A DNA stretch of 63,961 bases, the filler included, from Collodictyon triciliatum (lineage: Eukaryota), in NCBI GenBank assembly GCA_043381765.1. It is 8 parts of 8 records of this genome, joined end to end, with 100 filler letters (N's around TTAATTAATTAA, not from the genome) between each part and the next. Parts side by side here need not be neighbours in the genome. Positions count along the whole stretch, not along the records: positions 28,199 to 37,497 come from JBHJMP010003083.1; positions 37,598 to 46,885 come from JBHJMP010003084.1; positions 46,986 to 56,270 come from JBHJMP010003085.1; 5 more parts are not named here. One strand, given 5' to 3'. The notes beneath the pieces were generated by a model. That model saw nothing but the letters and a program-made list of their open reading frames with translations. It was not told the origin of the DNA and made no database searches. Shown one piece after another: positions 34,201-47,761 of this stretch (the first letter of the stretch is position 1; each line of letters begins with the position of its first letter). Made by a program: the position numbers and the translations under genes.

Positions 34201-37200
34201 CTTTCTTGCCGCCTTTTTCAGGCTTTTCACCTTTCACAGGCTTCTTTTTCTTTTTGGGGTCCTCCTCCTCTTTAGGCTTTGGGGCATCTTTCGAGGGCGG
34301 TGGCTTTACTGCGCGAGGTTTGATATCCTCGATTAACGCCCGCTCCGCTCTTCTCTGGTCTTCAATAATTTGAAGCATGTTGGTGCATCGGCGATGTACT
34401 TCATTTGGATCCTCTTTCAAGAGTGCATACCGACAAATGAGTGCCCCATACTTTAAAAACAACGAGTCTGTGGTAAACCTCTGGATTAGGATGGAAAAGG
34501 CGTCTGAAGTGTTCAGATGTATCAGCGGCCACAGGGTCCTCGCTATGTCTGGCAAATAGTCCAGCTTCCCATCACTGAATAGACGGCCATATAGATCAGG
34601 ATATGAAGCATACGACATTCCGAGAGCAACTACCTCTTCTACGGGAGCCTTCTTTTGCTGGGAAGCATCATCTGTTCGCCGCGCCTGGACACTCCCAGTC
34701 ATTTCCTCCTTCTTGAGAGAGCTTGACATGGCCCCTTGCGCCGTGTTGCTTTGTGAGGCGGCCCCACCAGTTCCGGGTGGAACAGTTTTTTGGGCCCCCT
34801 TTCCTCCACTACTTGCTGGATGGTTTCCGGACTGGCTATTTTGTGGCGTTTGGTTGAGAGCATTTCCAATGGCGGGGGTAGCTACACTCATCGCAGAGGT
34901 TATAGGAATCCGTCCTCGCCCGCTTTTAACTAATCGGACGTGTTCATCTAATTCGTCCACTTTGACTCCCACAAACAACTCGCTCGGACGCAGCTCGCCA
35001 ACACCTCGAAGAAAGGCAAAGACTTGGTAAGAGATAATGGCACCGATTCGGCTGATAGGCTCACAATCCAGCTCTTCCAGAGGAAGGAACTGGAGAGCGT
35101 GGTAACACACCTATACATTACACAGGGAGAAAAAATCGCAGAGTTTAAGTCTAATTGTCTCGACATTAAGTTACATGANNNNNNNNNNNNNNNNNNNNNN
35201 NNNNNNNNNNNNNNNNNNNNNNNNNNNNNNNNNNNNNNNNNNNNNNNNNNNNNNNNNNNNNNNNNNNNNNNNNNNNNNNNNNNNNNNNNNNNNNNNNNNN
35301 NNNNNNNNNNNNNNNNNNNNNNNNNNNNNNNNNNNNNNNNNNNNNNNNNNNNNNNNNNNNNNNNNNNNNNNNNNNNNNNNNNNNNNNNNNNNNNNNNNNN
35401 NNNNNNNNNNNNNNNNNNNNNNNNNNNNNNNNNNNNNNNNNNNNNNNNNNNNNNNNNNNNNNNNNNNNNNNNNNNNNNNNNNNNNNNNNNNNNNNNNNNN
35501 NNNNNNNNNNNNNNNTTAAAAAAAAAACTCCTTACCTTGGGAGATGATGTGTTGATAAAGTCTCGCACAAAGCATTTTTACTTCACAAATCATAGGTTAT
35601 TCAGTCTGTGTAAATTATAAGAAAGATACCATCAGTGTTTTTTTGGCTGTTTTCAAACGGAGTGCTTGGTATGGCACTAGATTAGTCTTTCCGTCCCTGG
35701 CATCATGTCGAAATCCCTAATTTTTTTTATTTCGTTTCGTTTTTTTTTTTAAAAAAAAAAAAGGCTGTAGTTTCAATCGCTTTTTCTTTTGTTGGGTTAC
35801 AACTTGATTGGCATTGCACTTAAAATTGACTAAACGAATCACACCTTGAATGAAACAAGCTCAGAGGCGAGCAGGAATGCATGAATAACCGCTCGTAGAA
35901 GAGGAAGTGAGCAGAGTCCTAAACGGTCGTCTCTAAGGTGACTTGTCGACATAGGATTTGCCTCCCAAGTTGGCTATAAGAATATATGGTGGATACTTTT
36001 GAAAACAGTAAATATAGCAAGGATTCGGATTCTAAGATCTAAGTTGGTCTCAATTGTATTTGAATGGAAGATTTCTTAAACAGCATTTCTACCTTATCTG
36101 CATCGGTTTTCGTGAAATAGTCAAACACTACTTGGGCTGCCTGTCTAGCAACATCAGATACTCCAAGTAATCGACTTGTCTGGCTCAAATATGACCATAG
36201 CAACCAAATCGGCAAAGGAGATAAAGCAGATATGTCGATACTGGAAAGACCAATATTCGATAAACGAGAGCCTAATAGCCGAAAAAAGTATCAGTAAAAG
36301 ACATTATCCTGCTGTAGGGTTATAAGTAATCATCTTGGCTTATAATCTATGTCCTTTTCATAAATTTTAAGCGTAAGACGGTAAGAATGGGATGGCTATT
36401 GAAGTGTTGCTTATTGCCTTGGGAATTAAATGCAGCCATAGCAAATTTATATGATTCATTAGGTTGCAGGTTCGTTATAATAATCTAAAAAAAAATCTCG
36501 TAAGGACGTGAACATAATCTAAAATATTCATGTTTTGTAACAATAAAACTAGTTCGTTTAAATATATGAATTTGGGAGTGTATCATGTTACACGTGCAAC
36601 TACTACATTAGGATAATTATAAATATATCTCACTGTTTCTCCAATGGGATAAGGGGTGCCTGTTCCAGAAAAGTCGCGATTATTTAGCGAGACACTGACG
36701 CCACTTCCAGCTGGTTTCCCAAACACGGCCATTCTGATGTTCATTTTCATATGATACGAGTTTTTTTTTCCATTTTAATAAAATAAATATAAGGGATTTG
36801 TGCATGAAGAAAGAGTGTAATTCAAAACCAAGAAAATATATGCTGGTTTGTAAGAATTCGAATGTATGTACAGGGGGATGATGCCTTTGGCTTGATAATT
36901 ATGCGACAGTAAGCCTATAGACGTTGGCGTACGGAAGAGCAGCATGGGCGGTTCGGGAACATCATAAACGTTGGGAGCTTTGGACACTCCCTTGGCTGAC
37001 ATTTGGAGATGAAAAAAAAATTATGTGAGAAGATGAAATAAGAAACTCCGATATGCCTTTAAATCAAATGATTATTTTCAAAGTCTGGTCAAATAAATTA
37101 CCGCCATATAGCAGTAATTCCTCTTCTTCTGTTTGAATTATTTCCAGAAAGTTGGCTGCTTCTTGGAGGAGTGTTTGTCTCTCCCTCCTTTTGAATCTAA

Positions 37201-37276
37201 GGAAAGCTGATTCCATAAGCAGAAGTGACTTAATGTACAGATTTTTTCCACTTTCCTTCATCAGTTTTGCTTCAAT
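28299..37276 (-). CDS. CFAP54: Cilia- and flagella-associated protein 54 (internal fragment, many exons, one N gap)
   Basis: VPEPPMLLFRTPTSI, AVFGKPAGSGVSVSLNNRDFSGTG, ITNLQPNESYKFAMAAF, ALSPLPIWLLWSYL, LQEVGDLYAKQG..AQVYWNDGVD...GIWKCILGGILTAKLAK, FEADISHPKRLCDFALY match CFAP54 blocks; 1.7-kb exon at about 33399-35110. Confidence 0.87.
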
Positions 37277-37354
37277 CTACGTAATAAAGTGGAGTGAAAT
37301 GACATTAGGGACATAATAAAGGACGGGTAGCATGTGAAACACATGAAAGATATA

Positions 37355-37497
37355 GATGGAAAGATGGAAAGATGGAAAGATGGAAAGGTAGAAAGATGGA
37401 AAGGTAGAAAGGTAGAAAGGTAGAAAGGTAGAAAGGTAGAAAGGTAGAAAGGTAGAAAGGTAGAAAGGTAGAAAGGTAGAAAGGTAGAAAGGTAGAA
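37355..37497. repeat. (GATGGAAA)n grading into (GGTAGAAA)n
   Basis: Tandem 8-mers at contig end. Confidence 0.95.
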
Positions 37498-37740
37498 NNN
37501 NNNNNNNNNNNNNNNNNNNNNNNNNNNNNNNNNNNNNNNNNTTAATTAATTAANNNNNNNNNNNNNNNNNNNNNNNNNNNNNNNNNNNNNNNNNNNNACA
37601 TACATACATACATACATACATACATACATACATACATACATACATACATACATACATACATACATACATACATACATACATACATGCATGCATGCATACG
37701 CTAACAAAACCCTGGCCGCCCGGCATCGCCACCCACACAG

Positions 37741-37949
37741 AAATCCTCGAGAATCTAAAGTCTGAGATGAACCATATATCAAGCCGTGCACTTGAAGACC
37801 CTGCTTGCTCTGAGGCCTTGGATCGGTCGAACCCACGACCAACGTCACTCACCGGGTGGGCTGGAGACAATGGCGATGACACAAGGTCCCTGGATTCTCG
37901 CTCGCGGTTGCCTTCCTCTGCTGGACTTGCGATGCTCGATTCAAAGTAA
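37741..37949 (+). CDS. Probable terminal exon of an unidentified gene
   Basis: Branch-like gctaac, acceptor cacacag, then open frame EILENLKSEMNHISSRALEDPACSEALDRS...MLDSK*. Confidence 0.4.
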
Positions 37950-38819
37950 CTTCCGTGGAATGGTTTGGTTCGATTTCTTGCGTTGGAGCATCGCAGAATT
38001 ATATGGTATCTGCGTCGCGTCTGTGCGCACCGCCACAATATGGAAATCAGGTAGCCACATGAACCGCACAATTTATTCCTGTCTAAGATTAAAAAAAAAA
38101 AAAAGGGCATTGCAGTATGGATGAAGATAAAAAAAATCACGAGTTTGTGGTCCAAGTAGGACGCTTGAGTCGTTTTTTGCCGTAGGTGGCGGTGTCACTG
38201 CTGTTTCTCATGCGTGTATTTATATATATGACAAGACATATCCTGCTCCGTTGCATACTTTTATTTGTTTTGAAAACGTACGAAGCGGGGATGGGATGAA
38301 ATGGATAGATGGAGAGGGTGGCATGGTGTGACTGTGACTGGACAGTTGTGCTCTTTGATTACCAATTACGCACTGAGAAAAGAAGATTTGGCTGCGGTGG
38401 TTGTAATCGCATATCTCTGAATGCTGTGCGGCGTGGTTTTCCTTTCTCGTTACGGGGCCATGACACTTCCCCTCCACTGGCGGCAAACCAAGACTTCGTT
38501 CCTGCGGATATGTTTCCAGCCACAACACGAAGCAGACATTGTCAATAAATCATGCTTGGGTGACTGTGTCACATTTACATGTTTTCATTCTGGGAAATAG
38601 AGAATCGATGGATATTATATAAACTTGAATTAATTATCACATTAGCATCTTAAACGCAATCCATGCAAGATGGGGGTCTTTCTTTTCTTCGAGTAGCTGT
38701 GTAGAATTACAAATAATCAAATTAAACGCACATAAAGGGAATATTGCTAGAATAAAAAAAAATGAAGATAGCAAAAACAACTAAAGAAAATACTAAACAA
38801 ATACCGAGGGGAAAAACTA

Positions 38820-40514
38820 TTAGAGATGGGCATAAGTAAACGAATAAACCAGGAGTTGTACCCTTCGAACGGCCTCTTCTCTNNNNNNNNNNNNNNNNNN
38901 NNNNNNNNNNNNNNNNNNNNNNNNNNNNNNNNNNNNNNNNNNNNNNNNNNNNNNNNNNNNNNNNNNNNNNNNNNNNNNNNNNNNNNNNNNNNNNNNNNNN
39001 NNNNNNNNNNNNNNNNNNNNNNNNNNNNNNNNNNNNNNNNNNNNNNNNNNNNNNNNNNNNNNNNNNNNNNNNNNNNNNNNNNNNNNNNNNNNNNNNNNNN
39101 NNNNNNNNNNNNNNNNNNNNNNNNNNNNNNNNNNNNNNNNNNNNNNNNNNNNNNNNNNNNNNNNNNNNNNNNNNNNNNNNNNNNNNNNNNNNNNNNNNNN
39201 NNNNNNNNNNNNNNNNNNNNNNNNNNNNNNNNNNNNNNNNNNNNNNNNNNNNNNNNNNNNNNNNNNNNNNNNNNNNNNNNNNNNNNNNNNNNNNNNNNNN
39301 NNNNNNNNNNNNNNNNNNNNNNNNNNNNNNNNNNNNNNNNNNNNNNNNNNNNNNNNNNNNNNNNNNNNNNNNNNNNNNNNNNNNNNNNNNNNNNNNNNNN
39401 NNNNNNNGAAATTGTGTCAAAACTACAATCACGCTTCATTCTAACTTGGTATACCACCCAAACCCAGCTGACCGTATCAAAATATTCAAGGTAATAGTCC
39501 GTGGTATGAATTTAAAGATAGCATACTTGGTCAATTCCGCATGTCGGGTCGGCGAAGCGGACGATGCTGACAAATTCAGAAAAGTCTAACTCTCCGTCGT
39601 TGTATATGTCGCTGGCAGAGAATAACTTGGCGAGATATTTGTCTGTAGCTGGGCTCTCCTTTTCAGCCTCTTCCATGACCAGCAAGAGAAATCTTTCGTC
39701 ATTTTGAGTTATTATTTGTTCTTGTTTTTAAAAAAGGCCATTCGATAAAATTATGTAATTGCTTATTTGAATCACTAAAATATAGATGTAGATATAGCCC
39801 ATCATGTGCCCAAATCACCCATGTTGATAAATTAATAACTACTTATCGACGGAGACGCAAACTATTTTATCCCCATCCTCTCCCACATATTCAGACTCTG
39901 TGCTTTTGGTACGAGATGCGGACGTTGGTCGGGTGATAGCCCTAACATAGATAAATACAGTCAGGCTGATGAATAGGACAACATTTTGGGTGACTAACAG
40001 ATAACTGTAGAATAAGTAAAAATCTATTATACTTTGCTGAGGTTGGCCGGACACTTGAGCGTGGTGCTGATGACGACCTTAGCATAATAAATTGAGAACA
40101 GAATTCATGTATACTGCATTTGAAAAGATTATGAAATATCTTGAACTCCTTTTACTTTTCACCGCATAAAAATGGTATGAATGGAAGGGAAAGCTATTCT
40201 TTTTTCTTTCTATTTGTTACCGGTAGGTGGTTTCGAGAATTTTTTCAAGTCTCTGCAAGAATCGTCCCAATTCTTCTGGTGTCCTATCCGTGAACAAATT
40301 ACGAGCCACATCCACAACCTTTGCGTGTGCGACAAGGGTAATTCCAACCGTCTTATCGGGTATTGTAGGTCCGATAACAGAGGAGTTTATAAGGTTCAAT
40401 GTGTGTCTGGGTATCAACAAACATTTTAGCGAGTGAAATCCTTTCAATCAATGAATTCTTATGTGTCACTCAAATCTCAATATCTTACTAATGTTAAAAA
40501 GAATAGAATACCAT

Positions 40515-40570
<56 letters not shown>

Positions 40571-43500
40571 AAAAAAAAAAAAAAAAAAAAAAAAGGCTTA
40601 CAAATAAAGGTTGAGATTGTTGAGGGAATATGGCACAAAGAAGCCCAAAAATTTTCCAAACATATGCACCCTCAAATTGTCAACGTGATATGCATGTATC
40701 CCTTCCAGAAAGTCTGTCAAGTGCTAATTATTTTATATTGTTTAGTTGTTTTCAGTAGCGGTTTACACAATTTACGTTAGGGGAAGCAGCCACATTCAAA
40801 TTATAAGCTAACTGATTTACTGAAACAGGTGATTGTCAAGGACGTATTACTGTAGAGATTATTACCTGTTCAGCCAACTGTTCAAGACCATATTTATTTT
40901 TGAAATGGAGATGAACGAACTGTTGAAAGTTGACCCGAGGTCTGACATTTTATCATTGAGTTCCAATCAATAAGGATGCCCCCATTTCGCAATTCATCCA
41001 TCAAATTTGTGACATAAGAAATTATTTCAGGACAAAATCACTATTGGAAAAAGTTGATTAAAAGGGTACCTATGTTCGGTGTCGCAAGCGGAATCATTCA
41101 GAATTTTTTCGATAAAAATCTGGTCAATAAGCTTGACAACGTGATGGAAAGCCCACGCCTTGCCATATCCTGTAGTACAAATATATAGGGAGTGGTCATG
41201 TGTCTCTTTCCCTGCATATGATAATATTCCTATGTCAACGTTCTCATTTGATGGTATAACTCATACTAACCAATCCTGAAAGAGTCAAAGAATATTGCCC
41301 AAGATTCTGTAAATGCCGCCTTCGTTGACTATAGTGCAAGAGTGAGAATAGTAAATATTCTCATTTTGTTGATCTTATTGCACTAATGTCAAATAAAAAA
41401 AAAAAGAAATAATCGAAGCTACGCAAAATTAATCGGATTGATAATAAATGAATTGTTTTAAAAATGAAAGAAAGAGAAGGGAAAGGAAATCAACGAGAAA
41501 GTATTACGGCTGGTGGGAGTGGTATATCCAGAGGAAGTGTTTGACAAGCGACGTGGCGGGACTCTGTGGCAGCTGGGTTCGTTGACTTTATGATTTCGAC
41601 CCGCGTCTCCAGCTTTTTAATTGTTGTCTCCAGCTCTGCGGTAATCTTCTTAAACCTGTTGCCTTCAATCACAGCACTGCCCAGATTCTGCAACTGTGCG
41701 CGATATTTATCTTCGAGCATTTTCATACCAACTCGTGGATCCGAATCAGAGTAAGCGCTGCTGTTTATACTGGCTTTGCTATCCATTCGACCAAAACGAT
41801 TAGATGGGGTAAACCCACCAAAGTCGTCAGCATCGGGTGAGTTTTTTGATGGCGAATATCCTGGCTTAGGAGGCGAGAAGGCTACATTCAGCCTATGATT
41901 GGAACTAGTTCCTGATGGCATTTGGGATAAGGCTAGCCCCGGAGTGTTTGCAGTGAACTTGAATGTAATATCTGGCGTATCGATAATTTTGGGGTCCAGT
42001 TTGGGAACAAGGTCAGACTGTGACACGGTATCGCCTATTGACATGGTTTGTTTGTTTGTTTGTTTGTTTGTTTGTTTGTTTGTTTGTTTGTTTGTTTGTT
42101 TGTTTGTTTGTTTGTTTGTTGTATTTTTAATCAAAATAAAAACTTAAGTTTAATACACATTTTGTCCACTCGACTTGCAATTTGGACATCGTATGTCTGG
42201 GTAAAGATAAGGACATACCAAGATTATCGAGAATCTTCTTCATGGATGAGGCCACAAACTCAGCATCAGCCAATCGCCTTGTGAGATTTATGACGCTGTC
42301 TCTTTCCCGTAATCGAACTGCCTCGACATCTGCAGCATACATGGATGCCTTTTCTTTCAGTGTCTGGATTTCTTGATGAAGCCTACAATATGAGATGAAG
42401 GAAACCTGCGATTAGATTACGGGCTGACATTTAATATTTCGAAAAAGGATTCCTTCTATAAACTACACTTCAAAAAAAAAAGGATTGACGGTTATTACGA
42501 TTCGATGACGCGATTAAGACCAGACTTTTCAACATTAAATGTGTTTTTTATTTTTGATATCTCCTCTTCGTGTCTCGAATATTCTGTTGGTGTAAGTTTA
42601 TTAATTACAAGTGAGCAAAGTTTTTTAAAGAAAAAATCGAGTAAATAGATAAAACAATCGGATACACGTACACAGAAAAAGTATAACTCTACCTTCATGT
42701 TTGGCTTTTGCTAACGTTAATATGTCCTCAAATTTGTTTTCATAGACCCCAACTAAACCATTATACAACTCGCTCAAAAACTCACCACGCTCAAAGCAAT
42801 GCACAGTTACCTAGGGATGGATAGGGTGATTTATTCGAAAATTGATTACATCGCTATATGGAGACCGCATACACATCACCTTGATAAAAAAAAAAAAAAA
42901 GAATTGATTCATTTAAGTTAACTCACCTGTCGAATAATTTCGTTGAAGCAACTTCCGTAGACGACTTTTGCAGCCTCAAAATTGCCTGTGTTGTTATTCA
43001 GATTAAACATATATCGATTTAATCCATCGATTAGATGAATCTGTGGTGATATATCAAAATTTGCCAGCCAATCATATATTCGTCATTTGCATAGTTTTGT
43101 CTCGAAGTATTCTTTTTTCGAAAATTTACTTATTGGGTCTGCCACGTCTTGGAGCATGAGGTTGTAGCATTCGCGGAGCATTTCAACCTCCCTTCTGCTG
43201 GAAGGCAAGCGTGATGGAAAGCTCCTTTTCATTATTCTTCCTATTAAACAGGGATGAGTTTTTTTTTTATGTATTGCCAATACCCAACCATCGCAATATA
43301 TATTGGATACCGTATGGAGGTGTACGTACCTGATTGAGGGTCATCTTCGACAACTTCCCACACATGATACTTTTCTGGGATTGCTGTAAGATAGGTGTCT
43401 GGCCCGCCTTGTCCCGAAGACATGTCTGCACGTGGTAGAATCCCGTGAAACTTGCGGTCGTTCACATAGGAAATGTCCATGCCCTTATGTATGCGCATCC

Positions 43501-44456
43501 ATTTAATTCGGAGTAAGAAATAGTTGGGCTGTATTTTTATACTGCTGCATACGGATATGTTGGAGGTTTTGCTTATTAAGACTTTGTCTAATATGTATGT
43601 ATTGTTTCAACGTTTTTTTAAACCCTATTATATCTATTTGTCATGTGATTCTCATGGTCGTGTTGCAACTTACAACCCCATTTAGATAGTTTGATATAAC
43701 TGGAGGCTTTGAAGTTTGGAGCCGGCCTTTTGCTGATGTGGGTCGATTAACTGCTTTGGATCGAATGTGCTGCTTGTGAGTAGTGGACTTTTACATAAAT
43801 GAATAGCAACATAATTTGCGAATTTCAGAACACACCTGTGCTTCTGCCATTTCCAGGAGATGGGGCTCGTTGCGTATTATGGCCATTTGGAGTTTTCATA
43901 ATTTTCCTGCAACATTGTATCTTTGGAATAAGCAAAAACAAACAAACAAACAAACAAACAAACAAACAAACAAACAAACAAACAAACAAACAAACAAACA
44001 AACAAACAAACAAACAACCAGACAGACATAGATGATAATATTATTTTTTTCCTTAAATCAAAAACATGATAATTTGGAAGGGAAGCGCCTCCAAACAACT
44101 CAGATCCTTTTCAAACACCATAGATATGTGAATTGACTTTTTGTATCTCATATCCTTTCGTAGCTAAAAGTGAGAAAGAGAAAACACACAGACAGACAGA
44201 GAAAGAGAGAGGGCGAGAGAACGTACTTGTCAGGAGTTGGAGAACCCCCGTTCTGGGCGGCTGAAGTGGCCGATGGACTCTGCGCCTGGGTGGGAGTCTG
44301 GGCCGAGGCTGATGGGCCTGCCTGGGCCGGTGACTGTGCGCGCCTGGGAGGAACCAAGTCGCCCGCATATGTCCGCACAAGACGGATTCCCGAGCCGGCT
44401 GCAGTTTCGGCACCCTCTCTGTCTGTTGCTTTGCGGGTGGCTTCGACGCGCAGCAT
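38820..44456 (-). CDS. Axonemal dynein light chain-domain / coiled-coil / EF-hand protein (AXDND1/TSNAXIP1-like)
   Basis: PSSRREVEMLRECYNLML...VYGSCFNEIIRQ|VTVHCFERGEFLSEL (Ax_dynein_light signature), LIDQIFIEKILNDSACD, FQQFVHLHFKNKYGLEQLAEQ, LFSASDIYNDGELDFSEFVSIVR (EF hand). The 3' part crosses an N gap, so the stop at 38820 is tentative. Confidence 0.72.
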
Positions 44457-44575
44457 TGCCGGGCGGGGCAAAGGAGCGTTGGAAAGGAGGAGGGAAAGAG
44501 AAAGAGGAGAGGTGCGTTCGGGTGCTCTAGGAAAAAATTAGAAAGAGAATATCAGTTGGAGGAATGGTGGAGCCC

Positions 44576-44885
44576 AGAGGAAAAGAGGAAAAGATAAAGG
44601 AGAGGAAAAAGAGGAAAAAGAGGAAAAAGAGGAAAAAGAGGAAAAAGAGGGAAAAGAGGAAAAAGAGGGAAAAGAGGAAAAAGAGGGAAAAGAGGAAAAA
44701 GAGGAAAAAGAGGAAAAAGAGGAAAAAGAGGAAAAAGAGTAAAAAGAGGAAAAAGAGTAAAAAGAGTAAAAAGAGTAAAAAGAGTAAAAAGGGAAAAGAG
44801 TAAAAAGGGAAAAAGAGGAAAAAAGAGGAAAAAAAGAGATAAAAGAGATAAAAGAGATAGAAGAGAAAAAAGAGAAAAAAGAAAA
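44576..44885. repeat. (GAGGAAAAA)n purine 9-mer repeat in divergent intergenic region
   Basis: Directly visible between head-to-head genes starting at 44456(-) and 45648(+). Confidence 0.95.
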
Positions 44886-45647
44886 CAAAGAGGCATTCGT
44901 TGTCTTTGTCCCCTAGGCAATAGGCCGAAATATGCCGTGATCTATCTCGGGTGCCCTTCTTGATCGCCTTTTTTTCTTTTATTTTTTCTACTGTTGCTTT
45001 CTGTTCGACCCGAGCAACGAGCAGACGAACGATTCCTTCTCTATCACGGGCCTGGACGAGTGGCTATCATATCTTTTCCGTCCTGCTGTTTGTTTCTATC
45101 TTTCCTTGTCGGCAACTCAGGCCGATCGCAACGAAAAAGAAATGAGGCAATGCCGTTAATTCCACATATAGAATATACTATTTGGGCGATAGGTTCGGTT
45201 TGATGATGTCAAGTTTGTGTGTGGTAATTATCCGCCTGAAGGATTTTTCAACGACCACATGACGAGTAATTTCTTACTAATTTAAAGTAATTTATTTTTA
45301 TAGTATATGTCATATAATGTTTAATGATCATATATTAAAGGTAAATTAAATCAAATACTATATAATCCACAAATAGAATGATACGTGTCGCCTTTCTTTC
45401 AAAGCATTTCTGTTCTTTGATGCTTGGAATTAAAGACAAAAGCCGAGACAAGGAGCAAGAGAAAAGAAAGACAAGTTTCAAAAGCAGGGGGTGAATCTTG
45501 GTGCTCATGGTGAGATTGGCGGCGAAAGAAAAGCAAGAAGCTTGCGGGTTTGGACTACTCCTTTTTTTTTCTTAGCCAAAACATAAGAATGGCGTTCGAA
45601 AAACTTTTAGAGGAAGAGGCGAGTTTGTCGATCAAAGCAAGGGCAAC

Positions 45648-46653
45648 ATGGAGTCTGGTCAAGTATTTCTGGCCTTGATGTGTGCGGCTTACTTTTTGCT
45701 CCTCGTGTTCCTCGCTGTTCAGTTTCATCGATTGGTTCGCTTCAAGTACGGTTTCTTTCTTTTCTTTTCTTTTCTTTTCTTTCTCTCATTTTCTCTCACT
45801 TTCTCTCACTTTCTCTCACTTTCTCTCACTTTCTCTTACTTTCTCTCACTTTCTCTCACTTTCTCTCACTTTCTCTCACTTTCTCTCACTTTCTCTCACT
45901 TTCTCTCACTTTCTCTCACTTTCTCTCACTTTCTCTCTCTTTCTCTCTTTCAATGCATAACCTGATCTTTACCATGTATTTAATTTTACCACACATGGAG
46001 CTCTATCCGCAGGTCTCGTAACAATCCTTTTTGTATCCTCTCTGTCGCGAGCAAACCTTTCGCTTATTTCTCTAGTTCTCACCTGGAAGCATACGTTTTT
46101 CAAATTATAGACCCATGCAGTTTCTAATTATTGATGATAGTTGCTTCCATCCATTTTTTTTTAAAAGAGTTACTGAATCCATTCTATTTTTTTTCGTAGA
46201 CACGACTTTCAATCCTTTCAATCAGGGTTCATCAGCTTGACCATTGTTTGGGTGATTTTTCGCTCCGTGTATTTCTTTTTGGGATTATTCGAGTATTCAT
46301 GGCCCAGTCTTTGGTCTCAAATTCTTGTCTATTGGTATGAATGTGTATGGAGATATCACCTTTCAAGTCACTATTGTACGAATCTGTCAACTAACAGTTG
46401 CCTGAGTCCACGTCTATTCATATATTTTCATAATGCAGCTCGCTTATTATTTTTTGTCGAATTTTTTTTATGTGGACTAATACACTCATTTGTTTTACCA
46501 GGGTTCCGTATGGGGTGCAATTCAACACATTCTCATTACTTATTCTCTTCTATGGTTCTTTGGTTCACGAAAGAGCATCATGGGAAGAATATAAGCATAT
46601 TATTTGGCCCATATTTTTTGGACTCAACACACTGATATACGGGTTTATTGGAG
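45648..46653 (+). CDS. TOM1/THH1/GPR137-like multi-pass membrane protein (5' part)
   Basis: MESGQVFLALMCAAYFLLLVFLAVQFHRLVRF...QGFISLTIVWVIFRSVYF...YW|VPYGVQFNTFSLLILFY; the W..FR..YF and P..QF.TFSLL.LFY motifs are typical of this family. Confidence 0.75.
45780..45945. repeat. (TTCTCTCACT)n intronic 10-mer
   Basis: Directly visible. Confidence 0.95.
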
Positions 46654-46786
46654 GTAAACATACATGCTCATTTTTTTATTATTGATCTTTGTTTCAAACA
46701 CGCTTTGTATGACAAGTAATTGCATTTTTATTTTATTTTCCTTTTCTTTTAAACAAAAATTCTCGGGTCAATGTGTTCGCGATCTA

Positions 46787-46877
<91 letters not shown>

Positions 46878-46985
46878 TTTATTATNNNNNNNNNNNNNNN
46901 NNNNNNNNNNNNNNNNNNNNNNNNNNNNNTTAATTAATTAANNNNNNNNNNNNNNNNNNNNNNNNNNNNNNNNNNNNNNNNNNNN

Positions 46986-47075
<90 letters not shown>

Positions 47076-47401
47076 CTTTTTTTTTCTTTTTTTTTCTTTA
47101 TTCTTTCGCTGAAGATTGGCGAGATTCACGGATTGTTGTCGTGTGATGTATGGTCTATTTTCCAAATTTGGTGCGTCACTATGATATTACCCACAAAAAA
47201 ACGAGTTCGCTCTATTATCAAACAAAAAATGAAAAAATAGAAAAAATGAAAAAATGAAAACAAAGAAGAAAAGAAGAAAAAGAAGAAAAGAAGAAAAGAA
47301 GAAAAGAAGAAAAGAAGAAAAGAAGAAAAGAAGAAAAGAAGAAAAGAGAAGAAAAGAAGAAAAAGAGAGGAGTGACTTGTTTTTACGAGTAGATCCGGGA
47401 G

Positions 47402-47708
47402 ATGGCAGAGAATCAGACAAAGAAGAAGGCTGCAAAAAAGTCCACTGCAAACGAGGCGGACACCGGAATCAAAGGTTCACTAACGTTGACTATGGCACCA
47501 AAAATGCCGATAACCAAGCCGCAACAACAAGTTTATGAATGCGACGAGCACGAGGTTTGTTAATTTTCATGTTTCGCTGCTCATTTAATAAATTATGATT
47601 TGCCGTCCTTTATCACTATTATCATTACCATTATTATTATTATTATAATAATTATTATTATTATAATAATTATTATTATAATTATTATTATTATCATTAT
47701 CATCATCA

Positions 47709-47761
<53 letters not shown>

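Noticed and set aside
33356-35110. Alternative genetic code or stop-codon reassignment
   Set aside because: Long exons contain no in-frame stops, apparent stops resolve with canonical splice sites, genes end in TAA/TAG/TGA, and the tRNA has an ordinary Ser anticodon.
37936-37948. 13-nt match TCGATTCAAAGTA to the micro-element
   Set aside because: No T-tract, no CCTTTAT half and no TSD; it lies at the end of a probable exon and is likely chance.
1-44456. Apparent cluster of ciliary genes (CFAP157, CFAP54, dynein light chain-domain protein)
   Set aside because: They lie on different contigs joined by artificial linkers.
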